Part shown: positions 46,487 to 56,597 of the stretch, one piece after another
Position numbering within the stretch: the stretch's first letter is position 1
Layout of the letters: each line of letters opens with the position of its first letter
Source: an uncultured Oscillospiraceae bacterium
GTDB lineage: Bacteria; Bacillota; Clostridia; Christensenellales; CAG-314
Length of the DNA stretch: 64,000 nucleotides
Direction: 5' to 3'
NCBI GenBank assembly: GCA_964577535.1
Contig: CAZNZO010000003.1
Location: 69,620 to 133,619 of the forward strand
The notes under the pieces: generated by a model
The model's input: only the letters and a program-made list of their open reading frames with translations
What the model was told of the DNA's origin: nothing
Database searches by the model: none
Translations under genes and position numbers: made by a program

Positions 46487-47476
46487 TTGAAAAAATTGGC
46501 AATTTTGGCGCTGATGATTTTGCTTGTAATGGCCGTGTTGGCGCTGGTGTGCGGTTGCAAAACCAGTGATGGCACTATTCGAGTTAGCGAAGTTACGCAT
46601 AGCATTTTTTATGCGCCGCAATATTTAGCAATGGCGCTTGGCTACTTTGAAGAAGAGGGCTTGACGGTGGAAATTACTAACGGTAGCGGCGCAGACAACG
46701 TTATGACGGCACTACTGACGGGGGAAGCGGATATTGGACTTATGGGATGCGAAGCAAACATCTACGTGTATTTGCAGGGCAAAAAGGACTATCCCAAAAT
46801 AATTGCACAACTAACCAAGCGGGACGGCAGTTTTTTGATTGCTCGAACGCCGATGGAAGGGTTTGATTATTCCCAGGCGGAAGGCAAAACGGTGCTTATG
46901 GGGCGAAAGGGCGGCATGCCAGCCATGATTTTGCAATACGTGCTTAACGGAAAAGGACTTGTGAACGGCACCAACGCGACAATGGATTATTCCATTCAGT
47001 TTGGCGCGCTTGGCCCTGCCTTTACGGGCGGAACGGGCGATTTTGTGCCTCTGTTTGAACCGGCCGCCAGCCAAGTTGTGGCAGAAGGCAAAGGGTACGT
47101 TGTTTCGGCCATTGGCATGGATAGCGGTGAAATTCCCTACACCTGCTACACCGCAACAGAAAAGTTTTTGAGCAGCAACGGCGAAAAAGCACAAAAGTTT
47201 TTGAAAGCCGTTTGGCGTGGCACAAAATATTTGTTTGAACATTCCGCCGAAGAGTGCGCACGGCTTATTTCGCCCTACTTCGACGGCACCGAGGAAAAAC
47301 TGATTGTTTCTGCCATTGGCAACTACAAAACGTACGACGTTTGGAACAGAACGCCGATTGTGAACAAGCAAGCGTTTGAACGCATTCAGCGCATTATGCA
47401 AAACGCCGGCGAACTTAGCCAAACGGTGGAATACGACAAGCTGGTGGACAACACCTACGCAAACGCAATTGGATAG
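46487..47476 (+). CDS. ABC importer substrate-binding lipoprotein (NMT1/THI5-like, NitT/TauT family)
   Basis: TTG 46487 lies 6 nt after AGGGGA and gives MKKLAILALMILLVMAVLALVCGC (lipoprotein-type signal). An alternative ATG at 46454 has no SD. Confidence 0.85.
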   Translation: MKKLAILALMILLVMAVLALVCGCKTSDGTIRVSEVTHSIFYAPQYLAMALGYFEEEGLTVEITNGSGADNVMTALLTGEADIGLMGCEANIYVYLQGKKDYPKIIAQLTKRDGSFLIARTPMEGFDYSQAEGKTVLMGRKGGMPAMILQYVLNGKGLVNGTNATMDYSIQFGALGPAFTGGTGDFVPLFEPAASQVVAEGKGYVVSAIGMDSGEIPYTCYTATEKFLSSNGEKAQKFLKAVWRGTKYLFEHSAEECARLISPYFDGTEEKLIVSAIGNYKTYDVWNRTPIVNKQAFERIQRIMQNAGELSQTVEYDKLVDNTYANAIG

Positions 47477-47491
47477 CAACGAGGCCACACC

Positions 47492-48238
47492 ATGCCCATT
47501 TTGAAATTTGAAAACGTAAGCAAAGTTTTCTACACACAAACGCAACAGACGATGGCAATAAAGGACCTCAACTTTCAGGTGGAAGAGGGACAATTTGTTG
47601 CGCTGATTGGCCCATCGGGGTGCGGTAAAACCACGATACTTTCGCTTGTGTGTGGATTGATTGAGCCGACGACAGGGAAAATTGTTTTTGACAAATCGGG
47701 CAGCGTGGGCTATATGCTGCAAAAGGACCAACTTTTTGAGTGGCGCACGATAGAGAAAAACGTGCTGTTAGGGCTGGAAATTCAAAAAAAGTGCACGGCG
47801 GAAAACGTGGAATTTGCGCATCAATTGTTGAAAAAATACGGGCTGTGGGAATTTAGAAATCACCTGCCGCATCAACTTTCCGGCGGGATGAGGCAACGGG
47901 CCGCATTGATACGAACGCTGTGCACCAAGCCGCAACTGCTGCTTTTGGACGAACCGTTTTCGGCGTTGGATTTTCAAACACGGCTGGGCGTTTGCGACGA
48001 CGTTTACGACATAATAAAGAAGGAAGGCAAAACGGCATTGTTGGTGACACACGACGTTTCGGAAGCAATTTCTATGGCGGACACAGTGATTGTTTTGACC
48101 AAGCGGCCGGCGACGGTTTTGGCAACGCATCAAACGCATTTAGAGCAGGTGCCAACTCCACTGAAACGGCGTGAAAGCCCTTCGTTTGCAAAACAGTTTG
48201 AATTGCTGCACGGGTACTTGACTGGGCAAAAAGAGTGA
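47492..48238 (+). CDS. ABC transporter ATP-binding protein (TauB/SsuB-like)
   Basis: Walker A GPSGCGKTT, signature LSGGMRQR and Walker B LLLLDEP. Confidence 0.92.
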   Translation: MPILKFENVSKVFYTQTQQTMAIKDLNFQVEEGQFVALIGPSGCGKTTILSLVCGLIEPTTGKIVFDKSGSVGYMLQKDQLFEWRTIEKNVLLGLEIQKKCTAENVEFAHQLLKKYGLWEFRNHLPHQLSGGMRQRAALIRTLCTKPQLLLLDEPFSALDFQTRLGVCDDVYDIIKKEGKTALLVTHDVSEAISMADTVIVLTKRPATVLATHQTHLEQVPTPLKRRESPSFAKQFELLHGYLTGQKE

Positions 48239-48418
48239 AAATTGGCAAAAAACGCATATTATGTTTGGCATAATAGTATACAAATTGCGATTTTCTGGCA
48301 AAGCCCGCTGGTTTTGGCGTGAAATTTGCTTAGGATAAGAACAACAGCACCGCCACCACTTGTGGAACAGGAACCATTCGGGAAACCAAAATAAATAACG
48401 TTTTCGGCGGCAAAAGGC

Positions 48419-48797
48419 GACAATTAAAAAACAAAAATTTACTGCAAAAGGCAACTGTTGAGAATAGAAAACTTGTTACAAAACAAACCGAAAAGCAAAC
48501 CGAAAAAGTGTGTAGATGAGTTTTGAATAGTGGTTGAAAAAGATTGAGCAATTAAACCCAAAACACTTGGAAGCATCAAATCTTTTCAACAAAAGCAGAG
48601 AGGTTGCCAAGGCATTTTTCCTTATGTTTGGAAAATGTACTACACCATTTTGGGCGCTAAAAAACAATTAATGAATACAAAACTCAATAAAAGCAATAAT
48701 GTTTTCGATAGTCGAATTTCACAATTAAGAAACCAAAACTTGTTGCGAAAGGCAACGATTAAAATCACAAAACTTGTTTCAAAATGAACCGAAAAAC
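48419..48797. repeat. diverged ~77-nt direct repeats (48419-48495, 48720-48797), period ~301 bp, inside the ATPase-permease gap
   Basis: The copies align as caattaaRaaac...gcRaaaggcaac...aaaacttgtt.caaaa..aaccgaaaa, about three quarters identical by eye. Confidence 0.6.
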
Positions 48798-48861
48798 AAT
48801 GGAAAGAAACAAGCAAAGCAGGCGAACAAAAAAGAAAAAATTTACATGCACGGAGGAAAAA

Positions 48862-49677
48862 ATGCAACACGCAAACACCACTTTCACCAAAGAACATTTG
48901 CAATTTTTGGCACGCAAAAAGCAACGAAAAATTTTGGTGCACGTTACGCAAGTGGGAGTGCTTGTTGCCGCTTTGTGCCTGTGGGAAGTTGCGGCGCGCC
49001 TGCAATGGATTGATAGCTTTATCACAAGCAGCCCGTCGCGAATTTTTGCAACTTTGTGCCAGCTGATTTCCGACGGCACGTTGATTCGCCACGCATGGAT
49101 TTCCACTTTGGAAACACTTGCCGGTTTTGCAATTGGAACGGTTGTTGGGTACGCCGTGGCAGTTGCTCTGTGGTGGAACAATTTTTTGAAAGACGTTTTT
49201 GAACCCTACGTTGTTGTTCTTAACAGTTTGCCCAAAATTGCGCTTGGGCCGCTGATAATAATTTGGGTGGGTACGGGCAAGGCGGCAATAATCACCATGG
49301 CAGTTCTGATTTCCGTTGTTATCACCACCATCACCATTTTGAACGGTTTTTTGAAAACAGATGCCGACAAAGTTTTGCTGCTGCTAAGCATGAAGGCAAA
49401 CAAACTGCAAATTTTTAGCAAGCTTGTGGCACCATCCAACTTACCAACACTTATGGCAACGTTAAAAATAAACGTGGGAATGGCGTGGATTGGCTCCATA
49501 ATGGGCGAATACCTTGTTTCCAAAGAGGGGTTGGGGTATTTGCTGGTTTATGGAAGCCAGGTTTTTAGGTTGGATCTTGTTATGACCTGCACTATTGTTC
49601 TTTGCGCGCTGGCCGGTGTGATGTATGCCGTTGTTTCCGTGCTGGAAAAATTGGCAACAAAAAACTTTGTGCAATGA
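48862..49677 (+). CDS. ABC importer permease (TauC/SsuC-like)
   Basis: The start is set at ATG 48862 behind a GGAGGA SD (MQHANTTFTKEHLQF...). The protein has six hydrophobic segments. Confidence 0.9.
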   Translation: MQHANTTFTKEHLQFLARKKQRKILVHVTQVGVLVAALCLWEVAARLQWIDSFITSSPSRIFATLCQLISDGTLIRHAWISTLETLAGFAIGTVVGYAVAVALWWNNFLKDVFEPYVVVLNSLPKIALGPLIIIWVGTGKAAIITMAVLISVVITTITILNGFLKTDADKVLLLLSMKANKLQIFSKLVAPSNLPTLMATLKINVGMAWIGSIMGEYLVSKEGLGYLLVYGSQVFRLDLVMTCTIVLCALAGVMYAVVSVLEKLATKNFVQ

Positions 49678-50608
49678 CTTTTGTAGCGGCGGCAAACACG
49701 CAAAAACCAAACAGGGAAACAAAAGCGTAGCCATATTTTAGGGCGAAATCGAACCCCAAAAAGGAAAGAGCGCAGGTTGAGCCAACCAGCAAAAAAGCCA
49801 ACAGATTTTTGTTGCCGACAAACACGCCTTCGGCCGCTTGCAAAACTGGCAGCAAATTGGCGCAAATACTTGCAACAACGCTGAAAAACACAGCAGAGCA
49901 CGCCAGCGCCACAAGAGGCACGCTGTTGTTGCGACCAAACAGCGGCAGGCTGAGGGAAAAATCGCTGCACCAAACGGCCAAAGCGGCAAGAATTGCAAAA
50001 ACTGCGGCGCAAATTGCCGATGGCAAACAACAACCGCCTTTTTGCTTCTGGCCAAGCGAAACCAGCACGCCCAAAATTGTGGCAACGGAAAAGGCGGCGT
50101 AGCCTACTGGATAAAACTTGCTGACGGTTGCAGTACCTGCTGCCTTGGGCAGTGTTGCAATGGCAACCAAATATGCAACAATAAGCACAACGGAAAGGGC
50201 GTTTATTGCCTTCAAAAAGGAAAAATTCGTGCACAAAACAACCAAACAACAAATGGCAACCACAGTGCTGCAAACAAATTTTGGCAAGCCAAGCGAATTA
50301 CGCAAGCAATCATCAACGCCGGCGAGCAACGTTGCGGCGCACACCAAACTGCACAAACAAAACAGCCAAGTGGCAACAGGCATACCTTTGCCAAAACACA
50401 CGGAAAAAAATTGCTGCACTGTTTTGCACTGCCGGGCTGCGCAGGCCTTTCGCACCACGAAACAAAAAGTGAAAAAGCAAATGGCAAAAATAAAGACGTT
50501 GGTGAAATTGCCAAAGAAAATTGATGCTTCCTTTCCGCTTAGAAAACCAACGCCTATGCAACTGCCCACAACTGTGGCACAATCAAAAAATACGTCGCGA
50601 ATTTTCAT
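49592..50608 (-). CDS. ykvI: YkvI-family membrane protein
   Basis: MKIRDVFFDCATVVGSCIGVGFLSGKE resembles the YkvI N-terminus (..IGTVVGAGFASGQE). The longer ORF-track start (50722) adds codons rich in TTA and ATA. The 3' end overlaps the convergent permease gene by 86 nt. Confidence 0.7.
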   Translation of the reverse strand: MKIRDVFFDCATVVGSCIGVGFLSGKEASIFFGNFTNVFIFAICFFTFCFVVRKACAARQCKTVQQFFSVCFGKGMPVATWLFCLCSLVCAATLLAGVDDCLRNSLGLPKFVCSTVVAICCLVVLCTNFSFLKAINALSVVLIVAYLVAIATLPKAAGTATVSKFYPVGYAAFSVATILGVLVSLGQKQKGGCCLPSAICAAVFAILAALAVWCSDFSLSLPLFGRNNSVPLVALACSAVFFSVVASICANLLPVLQAAEGVFVGNKNLLAFLLVGSTCALSFLGFDFALKYGYAFVSLFGFCVFAAATKVIAQSFLLPIFPARKQRHTSHRPARKEQ

Positions 50609-50708
50609 ACAGTATGGTATGCAATTCGCGGCGTATAAAGAAGTTGCGGCTGTTGCAAAATGAACGACTCGCCCAAAAACCGCAACTAAAAACAAAAGAC
50701 ATATTAAG

Positions 50709-51100
50709 TTGTTTTGCATCAAAATTGATGTGATTTAGGTGCGAAATGAGCACTTACATAAACATCACATTGATGCTGTTTTTTATAAAAAAAGCAAATT
50801 TATAGCGCAACGCCGGATGCGTTTTAGTGCAAAATTGATGCAAATTTAAGCGCCATATTGATGCTGTTTGCAACAAATTGACACATATTTTAACGCAGTG
50901 TTGATGTGTGTGAGTGGCAAACAGATTATAAAGCCACGCCGACGTGTTTAGTCTCGACACCGCATTTAAGTGTCTGGCAGAAAAGCACAATTTTAGCGCC
51001 ACATTGATACGTTTTCTTGCAAAATTGGCACGATGCAAACAAAAATTTGCACTATTTTAGCGGCCAAATTGTCGCAATTTTGGGGCTACGCATGCGATTT
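50709..51100. repeat. degenerate tandem array with a ~21-22-bp period, unit roughly TTTTAGCGC(C)A(A/C)AATTGATG
   Basis: The best units are tgttttgcatcaaaattgatg (50710), gttttagtgcaaaattgatg (50821), caaatttaagcgccatattgatg (50841) and tattttaacgcagtgttgatg (50886). Further units are attttagcgccacattgatac (50989), gttttcttgcaaaattggcac (51010) and ttttagcggccaaattgtcgc (51054). Confidence 0.7.
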
Positions 51101-51142
51101 TTTGCAACAAAACAAAATTTTGCACTTCAAAGGGCAATGCGG

Positions 51143-52009
51143 TTACTTTTGAAAAAGCTTATCCACTGCTGCTTGATCGTAGCAATATTTTTTGCCACAA
51201 AAATGGCAACAAACTTCAATTTGTCCCACTTCGTTAACAATACTTTGCGCTTCTTCTTTGCCAAGTCCCCGCACAAGTTTATCAATTTTGCGCTTAGAGC
51301 AATCGCACTTATAGGTTACAGATTTTTCCACCGTAAACACTGGATTGAAACGCCCGAAGAAACGTTGGATAACATCGCGCGCGGTACTGTTTTCGAACTG
51401 GTAGCTCATTTCGTCCATGGCGTACATAACAGTTTCCACGGCGGAAAGCAAGCTTTCGTCGCAGTTGGGCATCACCTGCACAAACACGCCTCCGGCCGAT
51501 TTACATTTTTCGTTTTGCAAGCCGACACCTAGCGTTACGCCGCAAGGTTGTTGTTCGCTGGTTGCGTAGTAGTAAGCAAAGTCGTTGGCAATTTCGCCAC
51601 TTATTAGCTCGGACGAACCAACGTAGGGTTGCTTCATACCGATATCCTTAACAACGGTTAGTTGCCCATTGTGGCCCACTGCCGCACCTACGTCTAAGTG
51701 GCCATTTTCACGTAAAACCGTTTCAACAACAGGGTTTTCCACCGTGCCTTTCACGTGGTTTTTGCCATCGGCACACACCGTTATAAGCCCGATGGGGCCA
51801 CCACCATCAATTTTGGCCGTTAGGTGATAGCGTTCGTCTTTTAGTTCTTCGCCCATAAGTGCCGCCATTGTTAGCGCCCTGCCCAGTGCGGCCGCCGCCA
51901 TAGGTGAAAGCCCGTGCGCTTTGATGGCCTTGTTGACGATATCCTTCGCTTCCACTGCGGAAATTATCAAAGAATTTTCTATTATTGCTTTTGTCAAAAT
52001 CGATGCCAT
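51143..52009 (-). CDS. hslO: redox-regulated chaperone Hsp33
   Basis: The C-terminal zinc centre reads CDCSKRK...CCHFCGKKY. The start is set at ATG 52007-52009 behind AAGGGGTG. Confidence 0.92.
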   Translation of the reverse strand: MASILTKAIIENSLIISAVEAKDIVNKAIKAHGLSPMAAAALGRALTMAALMGEELKDERYHLTAKIDGGGPIGLITVCADGKNHVKGTVENPVVETVLRENGHLDVGAAVGHNGQLTVVKDIGMKQPYVGSSELISGEIANDFAYYYATSEQQPCGVTLGVGLQNEKCKSAGGVFVQVMPNCDESLLSAVETVMYAMDEMSYQFENSTARDVIQRFFGRFNPVFTVEKSVTYKCDCSKRKIDKLVRGLGKEEAQSIVNEVGQIEVCCHFCGKKYCYDQAAVDKLFQK

Positions 52010-52010
52010 T

Positions 52011-52730
52011 TCAACACCCCTTTTTTGCATAGTAAGTTATTCGCAAGCTGTCTTCCCGAAGCGGTTTGCCATATTCGGCGGAAACTTGCAGCAAAGTGAA
52101 TCCCACATTTTGCAATGCGTTTGCAACATCTTCCTGCTTGTGAACATATTGCACGTGCCGTTCGTCTTGGCGACTGTAAAATTGGCCGACCTTTTCGAAC
52201 AACGACAGTTCCATTTGAACCTTTTCGCCCAAAAGTTTGTTTGTCCAAAGCAGCGTTGCTTCGTCACAATCGTAGAAAAAGGTTTCGTTGCCCAAAACGT
52301 TTTTTAGCTTATAGGGCGAAGAAACGTCGAACACAAAAGCGCCGCCATCCGTCAAATTGTTGAATATGGTGGCAAAAAACTGCGGCAATTCCTGCGGGGA
52401 AAGGTAGTTTACACCATCGTTGACAATTGTTATCATGTTGGCCTTGCGTGTTAGCGCAAGTTTGCGCATATCTTGCAAAACAAAGGTTGCTTTGCGGCAA
52501 TTTTGCGATGCTTCTTGCAACATTTCCGCACTGGAATCAATTCCCAAAAGGGAAAATCCGCCTTTGGCAAGCAGTTTTGTCATTTTTCCAGTGCCGCAGG
52601 CAAGATCGACAACGCTTTTTGCATTGCAACTTTGCGCAACAGCAAACAAATATTGCGACCAACTTTCGTAGTCGCAATCGTTGTGGGAAAACCTATCGTA
52701 ATATTTTGCCAATACGGAATAGTTTTTCAT
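52011..52730 (-). CDS. class I SAM-dependent methyltransferase
   Basis: 239-aa ORF with motif I VVDLACGTGK. Confidence 0.85.
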   Translation of the reverse strand: MKNYSVLAKYYDRFSHNDCDYESWSQYLFAVAQSCNAKSVVDLACGTGKMTKLLAKGGFSLLGIDSSAEMLQEASQNCRKATFVLQDMRKLALTRKANMITIVNDGVNYLSPQELPQFFATIFNNLTDGGAFVFDVSSPYKLKNVLGNETFFYDCDEATLLWTNKLLGEKVQMELSLFEKVGQFYSRQDERHVQYVHKQEDVANALQNVGFTLLQVSAEYGKPLREDSLRITYYAKKGC

Positions 52731-52948
52731 AGAATTTTAACTTCCCTAACGCGCGTTTTGCGCAAGTTTTTTGGTTTTGAGGCACGGCGTTGCAATTTTA
52801 CTACGCTCACCAAATGCCCTGTGAAAATGCTTGTCAGGCTAACGCAACAAACGCTTTTGGTGGCCTGTTGCACGTTTGGCCCGTACAAGCACAATGAAAT
52901 TCAACGCCGCAACGCAACTAGGCGGCACGGCGCTGTGTTTGAGCAAAA

Positions 52949-54106
52949 TTATTCGGCATCTTCGGTTGCAGGCGTTTCGGACGTTTCTTCAACTGGCGTT
53001 GCAACTTCTTCTGCAACTTGTTCCGTAGCAACCTCTTCTGCAACGGCTTCGGGCGCTTGTTCCACTTCTGCAACAGGTGTTGCGACAGTTTCTTCATGTT
53101 CCGATACTTTTTTGTGCTTGTTTCTTCTTGCTTCTCTGCGAGCGGCAGCCGCTTGTTCGGCAGCTTCTCTTGCTTGTGCCTCGGCAGCTTCTTTTGCACG
53201 CAGTTCACGCATAACGTCCTTTTTCTTTTTGACTTCCACAGGGTGGAACAATGCAAAAGTGCGCATCATAAACGTTTGCCACACCAAGGGGAAATACATT
53301 CCGCCGAACATGAACATTAAAATTAGCAGCAACATGCGGAACATGGACGTGGACGGAATGACAAGCATCAAAATGAGGGGAATGAGCGCAATAACAACGT
53401 GAATCAGGTTGGGGAACACGTTCATCCACAACAAACGCCACGAATCATCCAAGTTTTCGAAAACGGATTGCTTGTAGGTGACGGATACGGAGCACAAAAT
53501 TAGCAAATAGCACACCACAAACAGCCACAAAATGCTAAGCAAAACTGTTAGCACAATTGCCAGCCACAAAATTGTTTGTGCAAGCCAAGCGTAGAACGTG
53601 TAGATACCAAACACGCCAAAGGCAATGATGGCTGTGGAAATGAAAGCATAGCCTGCGTTGGACTTTATGCCCATCCACAAACTTTTTAGAACGCCCACTG
53701 TGGAAAGTTTTCCCGTCCAAAATGCGTCACGAATGACGGCAAAACCGCCGGAGAACACCACGAAAGTTATCAAAGATGCGCCAACCATCATAAGGCCGTA
53801 GGTGACGTTGGAATTGAAAACTTGTTGCTGGTAGTATTCTTCAACATCCCACCATGCACCGGTGGAAAAACCGAAAATGTTTTGGGTGGGCAACTTTTGG
53901 TAAACTTCGCTCAGTGCAGTTTGTCCCAAAGTTCCAACAAGAAAAATGGGCGCAATCATAATTAGCATAAGAATGCTGAAACCAAACAAACGCCAAAGGT
54001 TATCACGATACAAAACCTTGAAAAATCCCCAAGCTCCCAAACGATTGCGGCGTTTGATAACGTGCGCATTACGTTCGTTGTTGAGCCTAATTTTGCTGAA
54101 ATCCAT
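52949..54106 (-). CDS. YesL/DUF624-like polytopic membrane protein with a long charged Ala/Glu-rich C-terminal tail
   Basis: 385-aa ORF with 6-7 TM segments. The tail reads KKKKDVMRELRAKEAAEAQAREAAEQAAAARREARR...EETSETPATEDAE. Confidence 0.7.
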   Translation of the reverse strand: MDFSKIRLNNERNAHVIKRRNRLGAWGFFKVLYRDNLWRLFGFSILMLIMIAPIFLVGTLGQTALSEVYQKLPTQNIFGFSTGAWWDVEEYYQQQVFNSNVTYGLMMVGASLITFVVFSGGFAVIRDAFWTGKLSTVGVLKSLWMGIKSNAGYAFISTAIIAFGVFGIYTFYAWLAQTILWLAIVLTVLLSILWLFVVCYLLILCSVSVTYKQSVFENLDDSWRLLWMNVFPNLIHVVIALIPLILMLVIPSTSMFRMLLLILMFMFGGMYFPLVWQTFMMRTFALFHPVEVKKKKDVMRELRAKEAAEAQAREAAEQAAAARREARRNKHKKVSEHEETVATPVAEVEQAPEAVAEEVATEQVAEEVATPVEETSETPATEDAE

Positions 54107-54756
54107 TGTTACATCCTTCGAGGCGCATACCTCTAATTATTATATCACAAAGTATTATATCAAACTTTTGCAAATATTTCAATTATATTAAGCGTCATTT
54201 TTGCGAAGATTTGGCGGATGCGCACGTCAAAAAAAGCAAAAGCAACACAAATGCTATATGTATGCTAGGAAGTTTGCGCCGTGCGACGGTTTTTGAAAGG
54301 ACACAGGCAAAAGCACGTGAAAACGCTGAGTAAGCGAGCGCACCTGACAGGTGATAAAAGCAACGCTTATTGCAAGGACGAAAGCTACGATTGCATTTTA
54401 GCTGCGGTATTCTATTTTGTTATGAGCAACAACTTTGCAAGCAAAAAAACAACATGACGGACAACAAACTTGCCAAAAGTGAAAATGAATAAAACGAATG
54501 AATTAGACTGAAAAAGTGGCAACGTGGCGAAATGCTTCCAGAAAAATGCAACGTGGTTTTTGTTCGCAATGCAACAACTAACCCGAGAGTTGGCAAAAAA
54601 TTGCAGTACTCGGCCACAAATGTGGAAATTTGCTGCGACAGTGCAAACCGCACCACTTTGCAAAGAGATTTTTGCTGCGTAATTGGTACTAGCCGCAAGT
54701 AGCAATTTTGTTATTTTTGCACTCATTTTGCCATAACCTAGAAAACGGAGAACAAA

Positions 54757-55716
54757 ATGGCAACTATTGCCGTGATTGGCGCGACGGGGCTTGTGGGGCG
54801 CAAACTTTTGGAAATGCTTTCGCTAAAACTGCCGGATCACAAGTTGGTGGCATACGCAAACAATTCCGTCGGACAAAAAATTGACGTGTTTGGCAAAACG
54901 CTGACGGTGCAAAGTGCGCAAAAAATTTTGCCCTGCAAGTATGCAATGCTATTAACTTCCGACGAGGTTTCCGCACGGCTTGTGCCGGAACTAGCACGGC
55001 AAGGTACAATTTGCATAGATAACAGCGCGGCTTTTCGTCAAAAAAGTGGCGTTCCGCTGGTTGTTCCTCAAATAAACGGCGGCACGGTTGGGTGTTGCAA
55101 GATTATTTCCAACCCAAACTGCACCACAATTCAAATTGCCATTGTGCTGGATGCACTGAGGAGTTTGCAGCCGACGTCATTGAACGTTGTAACCATGCAA
55201 TCTGCAAGCGGCGCAGGGCGGGAGGGGCTTGGCGACCTTGCGGAAAATCGCACCTACGGCAAACTTAGATGTATGCCGCATCCGCTTTGCGACAACGTTA
55301 TTCCCAAAATTGGCGGCGCGTTGCAGGATGGTCAAACCACCGAAGAACAAAAAATTGCGCAAGAACTGCCAAAAATTTTGTCGACAAAACTGCAAGTGAA
55401 CGCACTTTGCACGCGAATTCCCGTGTCGGTTGCACACTGCGCAGCACTTAACGTGAAATTCGGGCAGGATTTCACCATTCAACAGGTGCAAAAATTGCTT
55501 AAAGACACGCCAAACGTGTTGGTTATGGACGATGCCGAAGCGGAAGTTTACCCCATGCCGCAAACGCTTAGGCACACATGTTTTGTGGGTGTTGGGCGGC
55601 TGAGGAAGTGCCCTGACGGCAGTTTGAACGCCTTTGTTGTGGCCGACAATTTGCTTGTAGGCGCAGCATACAACGCCTACCAAATTTTGAAAATTGCGCT
55701 TAAAAACAATGGCTAG
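54757..55716 (+). CDS. asd: aspartate-semialdehyde dehydrogenase
   Basis: Contains IAVIGATGLVG and the active-site region SNPNCTTIQ. It has a GGAGAA SD. Confidence 0.92.
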   Translation: MATIAVIGATGLVGRKLLEMLSLKLPDHKLVAYANNSVGQKIDVFGKTLTVQSAQKILPCKYAMLLTSDEVSARLVPELARQGTICIDNSAAFRQKSGVPLVVPQINGGTVGCCKIISNPNCTTIQIAIVLDALRSLQPTSLNVVTMQSASGAGREGLGDLAENRTYGKLRCMPHPLCDNVIPKIGGALQDGQTTEEQKIAQELPKILSTKLQVNALCTRIPVSVAHCAALNVKFGQDFTIQQVQKLLKDTPNVLVMDDAEAEVYPMPQTLRHTCFVGVGRLRKCPDGSLNAFVVADNLLVGAAYNAYQILKIALKNNG

Positions 55717-55738
55717 CAACGTGCAACAATCAAACAAA

Positions 55739-56560
55739 ATGCAACTCATGACGGCGCTTGCAACGCCCTTCAAAAACGGCAAACTTTGCCTTGATAGCTT
55801 CGAAAGACTGCTGCGGCGGCAAACCGGCCACGCCACGCAACTGCTGTGCGCAGGAACAACCGGCGAAGAGGCAATGCTTTGCCCTCGCGAAAAGCGGCAA
55901 CTTGTGGAAACGGCAAAAAGCACCGGCTTGCCTGTTTGGGTGGGCATAAGCGGACCGACAAAAATCGCCACACGGCAAGCAAAATTTGCCAAGCAATGCG
56001 GCGCTGACGGCGTGCTTATTTCACCGCCATCGTTTTTTAAGTGCACGCAAAAGGGCTACGTTTTGCACGTGCAAGAAGTTTTGCAAGTGGGATTGCCTGT
56101 GATACTATACAACGCACCGTCACGGTGCGGCTACACCATTTGGCCGGAGGCGGTTCTGCAACTTGCCGAGTTTGACGTAAGTTTGAAAGATGCCGGCGGC
56201 GACTGCCAATATGCGCAAAAAGTTTGCGGACACCTGCCAATTTTTTGCGGAAATGACGAAAATTTGCCCGAATACCTGCAAAAACGCCTTGCTTGCGGCG
56301 TTGTTTCGGTGGTTTCAAACGCTTTTCCGAGCCTTGTAGGGCAAGTTTTGCGTGGCCAAGCAACGGCGGAACAGTTGCAACTTTTTGAGGAGTTTAGCCG
56401 CATTGCCTTTGCGGAAATAAACCCGATTCCAATAAAATACGCACTATTCAGGTTGGGCGTTTTTGATACTTTTGAAGTGAGGCTTCCTCTGACACCTGCG
56501 GAGAGGCAAACGCAAATGGCAATTGATGAGTTTTGCAGTCGCCATGTCGAATTGTGCTGA
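55739..56560 (+). CDS. dapA: 4-hydroxy-tetrahydrodipicolinate synthase
   Basis: Contains ALATPF and GTTGEEAML motifs. The start is uncertain: ATG 55739 (MQLMTALATPF) or ATG 55709. Confidence 0.9.
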   Translation: MQLMTALATPFKNGKLCLDSFERLLRRQTGHATQLLCAGTTGEEAMLCPREKRQLVETAKSTGLPVWVGISGPTKIATRQAKFAKQCGADGVLISPPSFFKCTQKGYVLHVQEVLQVGLPVILYNAPSRCGYTIWPEAVLQLAEFDVSLKDAGGDCQYAQKVCGHLPIFCGNDENLPEYLQKRLACGVVSVVSNAFPSLVGQVLRGQATAEQLQLFEEFSRIAFAEINPIPIKYALFRLGVFDTFEVRLPLTPAERQTQMAIDEFCSRHVELC

Positions 56561-56597
56561 TGCTAAACAAGGTGCAAAAATCAACAAGGAGAATACA

